From an uncultured beta proteobacterium (lineage in GTDB: Bacteria; Pseudomonadota; Gammaproteobacteria; Burkholderiales; Burkholderiaceae_C): DNA of 64,000 nucleotides. The notes beneath the pieces were generated by a model. The model was not told the DNA's origin, searched no databases, and saw only the letters and a program-made list of their open reading frames with translations. Below are positions 31,330-40,834 of the stretch, piece by piece. Position 1 is the first letter of the stretch, and each line of letters opens with the position of its first letter. The DNA is taken from the NCBI GenBank assembly GCA_963750665.1, contig CAVVRQ010000028.1:299101-363100 (forward strand), in the 5' to 3' direction. A program made the translations under genes and the position numbers.

Positions 31330-31471
31330 AACGATCAAAATGATCGTTAATGATTCAAATAGGCCTGATTTTATTGCATCAAATCCCGGCCATGGCGTAG
31401 TTCTGATCAAAATGCAGAGATTGGAAGGCGCTGACGGTGAGGATTCCCCCTACAATGAAAGCATCAAAATG
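31330..31471. promoter_or_regulatory. Putative DeoR operators in the divergent promoter between the propeller gene and the kinase
   Basis: Perfect palindrome AACGATCA-AAA-TGATCGTT at 31330-31348; ATCAAAATG at 31334, 31406 and 31463. Confidence 0.6.
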
Positions 31472-31486
31472 TTCGCATTGTGGCGC

Positions 31487-32995
31487 ATGAAGGCAATCAT
31501 TACTGTCGATATAGGCACGACCAGCACGCGCGCCATTCTGTACGACGACGCGGGCCAGGTCCGCTATATGGATCAGCGCGACAACGGCCCGACATCTTTT
31601 GAGGATGGCCGGGTGGAGCAAGACCCGCTGACGTGGCACAGCGTATTGCGCTCAGTTCTAAAAAATTGCGCCGAAGTGGCGACCAGCAAGGGCTTCACGC
31701 CGACCTGCATCGCCGTGACAGCACAGCGTTCCTCGCTGATAGCGGTGGATCGGCTTGGCGCTGCCCTGCACCCGGCCATCATGTGGCAGGATCTTCGCAG
31801 CGCAGCGCTGGCCCAAGCCATGCGCGCTGACGACGCGCTGGTCTATGGCAAGACCGGCCTCAAGATTTCGCCCGTTTTCTCGGCCATCAAGATGACCTGG
31901 CTGCGCCGCACGCGCCCCGAGCTCTGGGCCAAAACGCACAAACTGCTCGGCGTGCAGGACTGGGTGCTCTACTTGCTGACCGGGCGCTTCGTGACCGATC
32001 ACACCTTTGCCAGTCGCACCAATTTGCTCGATCTGCAAAGCCGGGCCTGGGACCCCGATTTGCTGGCCTTGTTCCAGGTCGAGCCCGCGCTGCTTTGCGA
32101 GCTGCTGGCACCCGGATCGGTGGTTGGCGGCCTGACGCCGGAGCTGGGCCGCCTGACTGGCTTGACCGCCGGACTGCCGGTGGTTTCGGCGGGCGGCGAT
32201 CAGCAGTGTGCCGCGCTCGGCCTTGGACTGTTCTCAGGTGAGCGGGCGGTCGCCAACACCGGCACCGGTTCCTACCTCATTGGCCACAGCCAGCGGCCGG
32301 TGTTCGACGCGCAAATGCGCATGTCGTGCAACGTGTCTGCCGTGCCCGACGCGTATATCGTCGAGGCTGCCGTGCTGACCTCTGGGTCGGTTTATCACTG
32401 GTTTACCCAATCCCTTTTGGGCGCCAAAGACGCGACGCAGGATCCTTTTGAGACCCTCAACGCGGAAGCTGCGCGCGTGCCACCCGGTGCCAACGGTCTG
32501 TTGATGCTGCCGCATTTCAAAGGTTGCGGCTCGCCTTATTGGGACCCGCAGGCCAAGGGCGTTTTCTTCAACCTGAGCTTGACTACCACGCGCGGCGACA
32601 TGGCGCGCGCCATTCTTGAGAGCATTGCCCTTGAATTGACGGCCAACCTGCAGTTGGTGGAACAGCTCTGCGGGCCGGTCAAGGCGGTCAGCGTGGGCGG
32701 TGGCATGACGAAGCTGGACCTGTTCAATCAAATTCAAAGCGATGTGTTTGAGCGGCCGGTGCAGCGTTTCCCGAGTGCCGAGGCCACTTCCCTGGGCGCC
32801 TGGATGGCAGGCGCTGTGGCCGTGGGGCTTGCCACCAGCTACGCGACGGCGTTTGAGCGTGCGACCGGCCTGGGCTCCAGCGTCACCTTTCGGCCAAATG
32901 CGGCCAACCGGGACGTGTATGCACGCCAGGGTCGTCAGTCGCGCGCGCTCTATCAGGCTTTGTCGGGTACCGCCTTTCGCACGTCGATGCAGTAA
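31487..32995 (+). CDS. FGGY-family carbohydrate kinase (xylulokinase/LyxK-like)
   Basis: DIGTTSTRA, AIMWQDLR, GGDQQCA, NTGTGS, GGGM, ATSLGA; start reassigned to ATG 31487. Confidence 0.92.
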   Translation: MKAIITVDIGTTSTRAILYDDAGQVRYMDQRDNGPTSFEDGRVEQDPLTWHSVLRSVLKNCAEVATSKGFTPTCIAVTAQRSSLIAVDRLGAALHPAIMWQDLRSAALAQAMRADDALVYGKTGLKISPVFSAIKMTWLRRTRPELWAKTHKLLGVQDWVLYLLTGRFVTDHTFASRTNLLDLQSRAWDPDLLALFQVEPALLCELLAPGSVVGGLTPELGRLTGLTAGLPVVSAGGDQQCAALGLGLFSGERAVANTGTGSYLIGHSQRPVFDAQMRMSCNVSAVPDAYIVEAAVLTSGSVYHWFTQSLLGAKDATQDPFETLNAEAARVPPGANGLLMLPHFKGCGSPYWDPQAKGVFFNLSLTTTRGDMARAILESIALELTANLQLVEQLCGPVKAVSVGGGMTKLDLFNQIQSDVFERPVQRFPSAEATSLGAWMAGAVAVGLATSYATAFERATGLGSSVTFRPNAANRDVYARQGRQSRALYQALSGTAFRTSMQ

Positions 32996-33010
32996 TCTGG
33001 GCACCAAGCC

Positions 33011-33811
33011 ATGACAGAGTCCACCAAACCCCCAGCGCTGAAGCTATCGAACTACCGGCACAAGAAGATTCTGGAGATGCTGTCTTTGCGCCAGTCGGTT
33101 TCGGCTGACGAATTGGCCACTGAATTTGGCGTGTCCAAGATTACCGTGCGGCGCGATCTCGATGCGCTGGCCGGGCACAAGTTGCTGGAGCGTACCCGGG
33201 GTGGGGCGATTTCGATTGCAGGCCTGCGCCTGGAGGCCTTCTTTGCCGAAAAGGACCACACCGCCAAGCGTGAAAAAAGCCTGATTGGCCGCTATGTTGC
33301 CACCTTGATCGCGGAAAACGCGACCGTCTTTGTCAATGGTGGCTCGACCACGCTGGAAGTCGTTCGCCATTTGCGCGGCAAAAAGGCCCGGGTCGTCACC
33401 AACAACACGGCCTGCCTGGCGCTCGACCTCGATCCCCAGCAGGAGCTGATCCTGCTCGGCGGCGACTACCGCCTGCAATCCAAGTCGCTGGTTGGCGACC
33501 TGTGTCTGGCCGGGCTGCACGGCATTTTTTCCAGCGTGACGGTGCTCGGCATCAATGGCGTGAGCCTCAAGAAGGGCTGCACCAGCGCGGTCAGTCAGGA
33601 AACCAGCGTCAACAAGGCCATGATCGAGAATTCCAGCGGCAAAGTGATCATCGTGGCAGATCACACCAAATTGAATTGCGTATCGAGTTTTTTGACTTGT
33701 CCGCTCAGCCGCATCGACCTGATCGTTACCGACTGGCTGGCGCCGCTGCCCTTTTGCGATGAAATTCAGGCCGGTGGCGTGCAAGTGATCCGCGTACCCG
33801 ACGCGGCTTGA
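33011..33811 (+). CDS. DeoR/GlpR-family regulator (UlaR-like)
   Basis: VSKITVRRDLDAL HTH, RTRGGA, NGGSTT, VVTNN, IVADHTK. Confidence 0.93.
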   Translation: MTESTKPPALKLSNYRHKKILEMLSLRQSVSADELATEFGVSKITVRRDLDALAGHKLLERTRGGAISIAGLRLEAFFAEKDHTAKREKSLIGRYVATLIAENATVFVNGGSTTLEVVRHLRGKKARVVTNNTACLALDLDPQQELILLGGDYRLQSKSLVGDLCLAGLHGIFSSVTVLGINGVSLKKGCTSAVSQETSVNKAMIENSSGKVIIVADHTKLNCVSSFLTCPLSRIDLIVTDWLAPLPFCDEIQAGGVQVIRVPDAA

Positions 33812-33831
33812 TCAGCGCCAACGCCGGCGGG

Positions 33832-34527
33832 TCAACCCTGCCCGTAGTAGGCACCGGGGCCATGCTTGCGAAAAAAGTGTTTCTCCAGCAGGTGCTGCGG
33901 CATGGCCGACAGATTCGGGGCCAGTTGCAGGCTCAGCAGCGCCATGCGCGCCGTCAGTTCCAGCACGGCGGCATTGTGCACCGCCTCGTGGGCATCAGCG
34001 CCCCAGGTGAACGGGCCATGATTGGCCACCAACACCGCTGGCATTTGCACCGGATCGATAGCCCCGTGGCGAAAACGCTCGATGATGGCCAGGCCGGTTT
34101 CGGCTTCGTATTGGCCTGCAGTTTGCTGCGCCGTCAACACCCCCGTGCAAGGAATTTCGCCAAAGAAGTAGTCGGCGTGGGTGGTGCCCAGTGCCGGGAT
34201 GCCACGGCAAGCCTGCGCCCAGACTGTGGCCCAGCTTGAATGGGTGTGCACAATGCCACCGAGCGAGGCAAAGTGCCGGTAGAGTACCAGGTGCGTCGGC
34301 AGATCGGACGACGGTTTGAGATTGCCCTCAAGCACCCGGCCATCGGCATCGACGACCACCATGTCGGCCTGTTTCATGCTTTCATAGGGCACGCCACTGG
34401 GCTTGATGACAATCGCGCCGCTGGCAGCATCGCGCGCGCTAACGTTGCCCCAGGTAAAGTCCACCAGGCCGAGCCGCGGCAGTTCCAGATTGGCGGCGAG
34501 CACTTGGCTCTTCAGGTCTTCCAGCAT
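33832..34527 (-). CDS. araD: L-ribulose-5-phosphate 4-epimerase (AraD/UlaF/SgbE)
   Basis: LVDFTWGNVS, IKPSGV, KPSSDLPTH, HTHS, GTTHADYF, NHGPFTWG, HGPGAYYGQ. Confidence 0.95.
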   Translation of the reverse strand: MLEDLKSQVLAANLELPRLGLVDFTWGNVSARDAASGAIVIKPSGVPYESMKQADMVVVDADGRVLEGNLKPSSDLPTHLVLYRHFASLGGIVHTHSSWATVWAQACRGIPALGTTHADYFFGEIPCTGVLTAQQTAGQYEAETGLAIIERFRHGAIDPVQMPAVLVANHGPFTWGADAHEAVHNAAVLELTARMALLSLQLAPNLSAMPQHLLEKHFFRKHGPGAYYGQG

Positions 34528-35381
34528 CACGCATAACCTCCTTGTGTCAGACGTTCACCCACCCATTGCCGCGCTTGCGCAATCTCCGCCAGCGGGTCGG
34601 AGGCTTTCTCGGTCCACATCTCGACCAGAAAAGGTCCGGCGTAGCCCAGGGCATGTAGCGTCTTGAAGCAGTGAACAAAATCGACTGTTCCCTGGCCGAA
34701 AGGCACGTCGCGAAACGCGCCCGCAAAGCCCGGGCCGACCGGCTTGGATTCCTTGACATGCACACCGACGATATGGTGAATACCAGCATGGAGCTCGCGC
34801 TCGATGTCGTTACCCCAGGCCGTGAGATTGCCCAGGTCGGGATAAACCTGAAACCAGGGCGACGGCAGCTGCTGCTTGAGCAGCAGGTATTTGGAAATCG
34901 AATTCAGGAATGGGGTGTCCATGATTTCCAGCGCCAGCATGACCTGGTGCTGCGCGGCAATTTCCAGCGCGCGTGCCATGCCCTCGACATAACGCTCGCG
35001 CGAAGCGCGGCTGCCCGGTTCGTAATAAACGTCGTAACCGGCCAGTTGAATTACCCGGATGCCGGTGTCGCAAGCAAAGCCGATGGCTTTTGCCATGAAT
35101 TCGTCGGCCTGGGCCCGAACCGCCGCATCGGCGCTACCAAACGGAATTCTTCTGTGCCCCGAGAGGCACATCGATGGCACCGGAACACCGTGCTCGCGCG
35201 AGGCCCGAAAGAATGTCAGTCGTTCTTGCACAGACCAGTCCAGCCGCGCCATGCGCTGCGGCGTTTCATCCACCGAGAGTTCCAGAAAGTCATAGCCCGC
35301 CTTGCGGGCGGCATCAAATCGCTCGGCCCAACTCAGGTCGCTCGGCAACGCCTTTTCGTAGATACCAATCGGGTTCTTCAT
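34527..35381 (-). CDS. ulaE: L-ribulose-5-phosphate 3-epimerase (UlaE/SgbU)
   Basis: IGIYEKAL, ELSVDET, SMCLSGHRR, IQLAGYDVYY, EIMDT, YPDLGN, EMW. Confidence 0.95.
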   Translation of the reverse strand: MKNPIGIYEKALPSDLSWAERFDAARKAGYDFLELSVDETPQRMARLDWSVQERLTFFRASREHGVPVPSMCLSGHRRIPFGSADAAVRAQADEFMAKAIGFACDTGIRVIQLAGYDVYYEPGSRASRERYVEGMARALEIAAQHQVMLALEIMDTPFLNSISKYLLLKQQLPSPWFQVYPDLGNLTAWGNDIERELHAGIHHIVGVHVKESKPVGPGFAGAFRDVPFGQGTVDFVHCFKTLHALGYAGPFLVEMWTEKASDPLAEIAQARQWVGERLTQGGYA

Positions 35382-35456
35382 CCATTGCGCCTTGGGAAGT
35401 TAGTATTCGATCCTTGTCGGCGCTCATCGCCGGGTCCCGATTTTAGAGAAACTGCA

Positions 35457-36146
35457 ATGTCCGGAATTGAAGCTGTCGTTTTCGACATGGATGGTGTTCT
35501 GATTGACTCGGAGGTTTTGTGGCGCCAGGTGCGCCTGGAATTCGCCGCCGACCATGGCCTGAGGTGGGGCGAGCAGGAGCAAGCCGCCACCATGGGCTGC
35601 AGCACCGCCATGTGGTCAAGCCTGATGGTGGAGCGCCTGCAACTGCACACCCGGCTGGGCATGGATGCGCCCGCTTTGGCGAGCGAAATCAAGCGCCGCC
35701 TGATTGCCAAGTACCAGCTGCATTTGCCACTGCGCGCGGGTGCCATCGACGCGGTGCACTGTGCCGCCAGCCACTACAAAGTCGCGCTGGCCACCGGCTC
35801 GCCGACCGAACTGGCCGACTACGTACTGCGTGCCACCGGTCTGGACCAGGTTTTTCTGGCCACAATGTACGGCGATGACGTGGCACATGGCAAGCCGGCG
35901 CCCGACATCTATCTGCAGGTTTTGACAAAGATCGGCGTCAAGCCCGAGCACGCCGTTGGTGTCGAAGACTCGGGCAACGGCATTCGCTCCCTCAAAGCGG
36001 CCGGCATGCGCATCATTGCCGCGCCAGGCCCGGAGTTTCCCCTGGCCCCCGATGTGCTGGCCCTGGCAGATGCGCAGATTGACTCGATGACCGAATTTAA
36101 CGTCGCACTGGTGGAACAAGTTGGTTCCCGCTCTGCAGGATTTTGA
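35457..36146 (+). CDS. HAD-superfamily sugar phosphatase (HxpB/YniC-like)
   Basis: Motif I FDMDGVLIDSE, GKPAPDIY, VEDSGNG; start reassigned to ATG 35457. Confidence 0.9.
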   Translation: MSGIEAVVFDMDGVLIDSEVLWRQVRLEFAADHGLRWGEQEQAATMGCSTAMWSSLMVERLQLHTRLGMDAPALASEIKRRLIAKYQLHLPLRAGAIDAVHCAASHYKVALATGSPTELADYVLRATGLDQVFLATMYGDDVAHGKPAPDIYLQVLTKIGVKPEHAVGVEDSGNGIRSLKAAGMRIIAAPGPEFPLAPDVLALADAQIDSMTEFNVALVEQVGSRSAGF

Positions 36147-36184
36147 TCCATGCCGCCGGCGGGTCAGGTTTGGCAAACCACCAC

Positions 36185-36214
36185 TTTTTCGGCATCTGAT
36201 CGAAAGCCGAAAAA
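36185..36214. terminator. Bidirectional hairpin between the convergent HAD and LysR genes
   Basis: TTTTTCGGC...GCCGAAAAA inverted repeat. Confidence 0.55.
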
Positions 36215-36277
36215 GACTCGACGAGGTATGACGAACCGGGCTAGATTCAAGGATAAAAGTGTTACCGCAACCATCGT

Positions 36278-37201
36278 TCAGCGATGCAAAAAGCTGTGAG
36301 GATTCTGCGGATCTAAGTAGCGCTGCTTAAAGTACTGACGCACGGTTTTCATTGCAGGACTCATCACTGCGTCTGCGCGCCACGCCAAGCCTACGTTCAT
36401 ACTCGGAATATTCTCAACAGGCTTGATCGTTTCGATTCGTTTACCCTCCAACGACCATGGGCGATAAACCATGTCAGACAAAATTGCCACACCCAGATCG
36501 TTGGCCACCAGGCTGCGCACCGCTTCGATTGACTTGGTGTTCAAGGTGACGTTAGGCTCACAGCCATGCAGGTGCCAATAGCGAAGTGCCGAATCGGCGG
36601 CCTCATCGACCGTCAGCATAATGAATGGCTCTTGTGCGATTTCAGCAAAGCTAACCTGTCGTTTCGCTAAGAAGTGATGTTGCGGCGAAACCCATAACCG
36701 ACGTTGCGAGCTAAACAAGGTCTCTGTCTGAAGGGCAGGGTTACGGACGTTGGATGTCAGCAGCATTGCCATGTCGTAGTGTTGCGCGAGTAAACCCGAT
36801 TCAATCGTGTCGCGGTCAAGCTCCAGCATTCGGATGTGAAGTGCTGGATAAAGCAGCGACAAGCGCTGCAAATGATCCGGTAAAAAATAACCCATCACAG
36901 TGTAGGTGGCAGCCAGTGTCAGTTCCCCAGTAACTGGCGTAATTTGTTGCGGCATGTTTCGCGCATCGTCTACAGCCGCCAAAATTGCGTAGGCGCGGGT
37001 CAAAAAATGTCTGCCGTTGTCGGTCAGCTCCATGCCGTGGGATTGGCGGCTAAAAAGCCTGTACCCCAAACCGTCCTCCAACTCTCGGATCGAAATAGTC
37101 ACTGCTGACTGCGAAACCGACAACTCAACTGCAGCACGGGAGATTTGCCCCAGTTCAGCCGTTGCCGCAAAGTACTTAATTTGTCGCAGTGAAAAACGCA
37201 T
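36278..37201 (-). CDS. LysR-family regulator of the lam/pxp-like operon
   Basis: LRQIKYFAATAELGQISRAA..LSVSQSAVT..IRELE HTH; divergent from pxpA. Confidence 0.93.
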   Translation of the reverse strand: MRFSLRQIKYFAATAELGQISRAAVELSVSQSAVTISIRELEDGLGYRLFSRQSHGMELTDNGRHFLTRAYAILAAVDDARNMPQQITPVTGELTLAATYTVMGYFLPDHLQRLSLLYPALHIRMLELDRDTIESGLLAQHYDMAMLLTSNVRNPALQTETLFSSQRRLWVSPQHHFLAKRQVSFAEIAQEPFIMLTVDEAADSALRYWHLHGCEPNVTLNTKSIEAVRSLVANDLGVAILSDMVYRPWSLEGKRIETIKPVENIPSMNVGLAWRADAVMSPAMKTVRQYFKQRYLDPQNPHSFLHR

Positions 37202-37366
37202 TTCAAGACATCCCTCACGCTGAGGGGGATGAAAAAAATCAAGATATTTAGAAAACTAATACTAGCACCTTAAAAAATAGAATTATCTTTCCCTGCGCCA
37301 AACTTTTAATCTTCGGCAACTAGACGGTTTCTTAAGTGGCATCGCAACCAAGACAGCTGAACAAAA

Positions 37367-38155
37367 ATGGGCAAAGCAATGAAAAATGTGGTGGATTTGA
37401 ATTCTGACCTGGGGGAGGGATTTGGCCCATGGAGCATCGGAGATGGTGCGGACGAAGCTATCATGAGTCAGATCAGCTCCGCCAATATTGCAACTGGCTT
37501 TCACGCCGGCGATCCGAACATCATGCAGCGAATGGTGTCCTTGGCCAAGCATCATAACGTGGGCATTGGTGCGCACCCAGGCTTTCGCGACTTGGTTGGA
37601 TTTGGTCGGCGCGACATGAAAGCCTCCAGCCGTGAATTGCTGAACGACATCATTTATCAAACTGGCGCATTACGCGAATTTGCGCACTGGCAAGGCCTGA
37701 GTTTGCAGCACCTCAAATTGCATGGCGCACTCTACATGCGCGCAGCGATAGATGAAGAGTTGTCAATCGCTTTGATCAAGGCCCTGCAAGAGATTGAACC
37801 CAACTTGTATCTCTATTGCATGGAAGCATCTGTTACTTACAAGGTGGCCAAACAAATGGGGCATCCGGTAGTGCGAGAGTTTTATGGTGATCGCAGCTAC
37901 GACAAGACAGGGTCAATTGTATTTACACGCCAGGTTGGACAACTTGACCCGGCCATCGTCGCCGCCAGGGCCCTGCGCGCCTGTACCCACGGCGTAGTTC
38001 AAACGGTTGAAGGCGCAGACATCGCAATAGAATTTGATTCAATCTGCATCCACAGTGACACACCGGGTGCGCTGGCTCTGATCAAGGCCACAAGAACCGC
38101 GTTGACCAGCAACGGCATACAAATTGCCCCGTTGTCAGAAGTCATGCCGCGTTGA
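37367..38155 (+). CDS. pxpA: LamB/YcsF-family protein (PxpA-like)
   Basis: [51 protein letters not shown]. Confidence 0.92.
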   Translation: MGKAMKNVVDLNSDLGEGFGPWSIGDGADEAIMSQISSANIATGFHAGDPNIMQRMVSLAKHHNVGIGAHPGFRDLVGFGRRDMKASSRELLNDIIYQTGALREFAHWQGLSLQHLKLHGALYMRAAIDEELSIALIKALQEIEPNLYLYCMEASVTYKVAKQMGHPVVREFYGDRSYDKTGSIVFTRQVGQLDPAIVAARALRACTHGVVQTVEGADIAIEFDSICIHSDTPGALALIKATRTALTSNGIQIAPLSEVMPR

Positions 38156-38232
38156 ATCAGCCGGCACCCGACGGCCTATTGACCAGGTTTTGATTTGTTT
38201 GAACTGCACAGTACAACTTAGGAGCGCACAGC

Positions 38233-38466
38233 ATGGCTGAAATTCTTTCCCCTCTCCCCGGCACGTTCTATAGGCGACCCGCCCCGGATGCACCCAACTA
38301 CAAACAAGTCGGAGACCCTGTTGCGATCGACGAGGTGATCGGCTTGGTTGAAGTGATGAAGATGTTCAACGAAGTTCGCGCAGAAGTCAGCGGCAAGGTG
38401 GTGCGCTACACGATTGACAACGAAGCCCCGGTTGAAGCCGGACAAGTCTTGATGATCCTTGAATAA
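38233..38466 (+). CDS. Stand-alone biotin carboxyl carrier domain
   Basis: SPLPGTFYRRP, biotinylation motif EVMKMF; 77 aa. Confidence 0.92.
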   Translation: MAEILSPLPGTFYRRPAPDAPNYKQVGDPVAIDEVIGLVEVMKMFNEVRAEVSGKVVRYTIDNEAPVEAGQVLMILE

Positions 38467-38512
38467 CTGATCAAAATTGGGCCTCCCCACACCTCATAGC
38501 AAAGTCCATTTG

Positions 38513-39919
38513 ATGACAACCACGCACAAAGTACTGATAGCCAATCGCGGTGAAATTGCCGTTCGCATTGCTCGAGCCGCGCAGGAACTTGGACTGCAGA
38601 CCGTTGCGGTGGTAAGTGACGCCGACACCACCAGTCTGGTCGCACAGATGGCCGATCAGGTGGTCAATATTGGCCCCGCGCATCCAGCCAAAAGTTATTT
38701 GAATGCCGATGCCATTTTGCAGGCGGCGCGGTCAACCGGCGCCACTATGGTGCATCCTGGGTATGGTTTCCTGTCCGAGAACGCTGCATTTGCTCGCAAG
38801 GTCACTCAAGCCGGACTCATTTTCGTCGGGCCCAGCGCAGAGACCATCGAGTGCATGGGTAACAAATCCGTGGCACGCGAGACTGCTCAAAGAGCTGGGG
38901 TACCCACAGTTCCTGGAAGCAAAGGCACAGTCAAGGACGTGGAAACGGCGGCCAGGGTCGCCTCCGAGATTGGTTATCCCGTGATGATTAAGGCGTCAGC
39001 CGGAGGCGGTGGCCGTGGTATTCGTGTAGCACACAGTGAGCCTGAACTTCGTCATCACTTGCCGCTTGCGCAGAGTGAGGCACGTGCGGCATTTGGTGAC
39101 GACGCCGTCTATTTGGAACGCTTCATCGCCACGGCCCGGCATATCGAGGTTCAAATTCTGGGTGATGGGAAACGGGTTGTCCATTGTTATGAGCGAGAGT
39201 GCTCGTTGCAGAGAAGGCGGCAAAAGATCGTCGAGGAAGCGCCGTCACCGGCTTTATCGCAGATTAAACGCGATGCCCTGTGTGAATCAGCTGTTCGCCT
39301 GGCGAGCGCTGTCGGCTATAGCGGCGCTGGGACACTGGAGTTTTTATACGACGACGACAGTGGTGAGTTCTTCTTTATTGAAATGAATACCCGCATCCAG
39401 GTTGAACACCCGGTCAGCGAACTGGTGACTGGAGTTGATCTGGTGCGCGAAATGCTGCGCATTGGGATGGGAGAACCGCTAAGGTTTACGCAGGAACAGA
39501 TCGTCCTCAAAGGAGCCGCGATCGAATGCCGCTTGAACGCCGAAGATCCAGAGCGCAACTTCATGCCCAGCCCGGGAAGGTTGAGCTCCCTGCGCTGGCC
39601 AGATGGACCGGGTGTGCGGGTCGATACGCATGTGTACGCCGGCTACACCATCCCGCCTTTTTACGATTCCCTGCTGGCAAAATTGGCCGTATGGGATGAG
39701 GACAGGCCTGCCGCCTTGCGACGCATGCAACGAGCCTTGGCCGAAACCAGTATTGAGGGTGTCCACAGCACGGTTGCACTGCATCAGCAGTTGTTGGCTG
39801 ATCCTTCTGTCAAGAAAGGGCACTTTCACACTGGCTACCTTGAGCAATGGATGGCTGAACGAGCAGCCGCCAAAGCTCAAGCCCTGGCATTCCAGCCATC
39901 AGTCGAACAAGCTGTCTAG
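38513..39919 (+). CDS. Biotin carboxylase
   Basis: ANRGEIA, HPGYGFLSEN, GGGGRG, ECSLQRR.QK, EMNTRIQVEHPV, PFYDSLLAK; ATG 38513. Confidence 0.95.
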   Translation: MTTTHKVLIANRGEIAVRIARAAQELGLQTVAVVSDADTTSLVAQMADQVVNIGPAHPAKSYLNADAILQAARSTGATMVHPGYGFLSENAAFARKVTQAGLIFVGPSAETIECMGNKSVARETAQRAGVPTVPGSKGTVKDVETAARVASEIGYPVMIKASAGGGGRGIRVAHSEPELRHHLPLAQSEARAAFGDDAVYLERFIATARHIEVQILGDGKRVVHCYERECSLQRRRQKIVEEAPSPALSQIKRDALCESAVRLASAVGYSGAGTLEFLYDDDSGEFFFIEMNTRIQVEHPVSELVTGVDLVREMLRIGMGEPLRFTQEQIVLKGAAIECRLNAEDPERNFMPSPGRLSSLRWPDGPGVRVDTHVYAGYTIPPFYDSLLAKLAVWDEDRPAALRRMQRALAETSIEGVHSTVALHQQLLADPSVKKGHFHTGYLEQWMAERAAAKAQALAFQPSVEQAV

Positions 39920-39949
39920 CTGCCTTCGAGCCTTTCTATAGGAAAATTC

Positions 39950-40834
39950 ATGTCACTCCCACCAGCACGATATTCATTTGGCGGCGACGAACATATTTTC
40001 GTGGAACTCAACCACGACATGTCGCTGGAAGCTTTCTTTAAAGGCATGTCAATAACCAATGCCATCGCGCAGCGAAGGATTGCCGGCGTGACTGAAATTT
40101 GTCCGGCCAATGCTTCCTATCAAATCCGTTTTGACCCCGATCTGATGGCACCAGACAAGTTAATGGAGATTTTGAAATCGATTGAAATCGAGTTGGGCGA
40201 CGGTGCACTGGAACTCAACACACGCATCATCGAGATTCCCGTCTTCTACAACGACCCCTGGACTAACGAAACGCAACGGCGTTTTCGTGAGCGGCATCAG
40301 GACCCCACTTCAACTGACCTCGAATATGGCGCACGCGTCAATGGCTATGCGAATGTAGACGCGTTCATTGCTGCGCATGCTGCGTCGCCCTGGTTTGTGT
40401 CGATGGTTGGCTTTGTTGCGGGTCTGCCGTTCATGTTTCAGATGGTTGAGCGTGCCAAGCAGATTCAGGTTCCAAAATATCTCAGGCCACGCACGGATAC
40501 ACCCAAACTCACGATTGGGCACGGCGGCTGCTTCGGCTGCATCTATTCTGTGCGCGGTGCGGGTGGCTATCAAATGTTTGGCATCACGCCGGCGCCCATT
40601 TTTGATCCGCAACAAAGCCTGCCGTATGTCAAAGACTTCATGGTGTTTTTCCGCCCTGGAGACATTGTCAAATTCAAGCCAATAAACCGGTCCGAGTATG
40701 ACGCTGCACTGGCGAAAGTACAGGATGGAAGCTTCGACTTGCGCATCCGCGAGGTGAAGTTTTCACTGCAGGACTTTATTAAAGATCCGAGCGCTTACAA
40801 CCAACAATTGACGGAGACTTTGTATGGCAATTAA
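39950..40834 (+). CDS. Allophanate hydrolase subunit 1/carboxyltransferase domain (PxpB-like, long urea-carboxylase type)
   Basis: YSFGGDEHIFVE, IEIPVFY, GFVAGLPF, PRTDTP, GAGGYQMFGITP, FRPGDIVKF. Confidence 0.85.
   Translation: MSLPPARYSFGGDEHIFVELNHDMSLEAFFKGMSITNAIAQRRIAGVTEICPANASYQIRFDPDLMAPDKLMEILKSIEIELGDGALELNTRIIEIPVFYNDPWTNETQRRFRERHQDPTSTDLEYGARVNGYANVDAFIAAHAASPWFVSMVGFVAGLPFMFQMVERAKQIQVPKYLRPRTDTPKLTIGHGGCFGCIYSVRGAGGYQMFGITPAPIFDPQQSLPYVKDFMVFFRPGDIVKFKPINRSEYDAALAKVQDGSFDLRIREVKFSLQDFIKDPSAYNQQLTETLYGN

Noticed and set aside
34671-35456. 491-aa ORF call extending the HAD phosphatase by about 260 aa
   Set aside because: The extension is antisense to ulaE; HAD motif I begins right after ATG 35457.
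38233-39919. accB-accC of fatty-acid acetyl-CoA carboxylase
   Set aside because: The carrier is only 77 aa and lacks the AccB N-terminal region, and the genes are embedded among LamB and AHS1/AHS2 genes.
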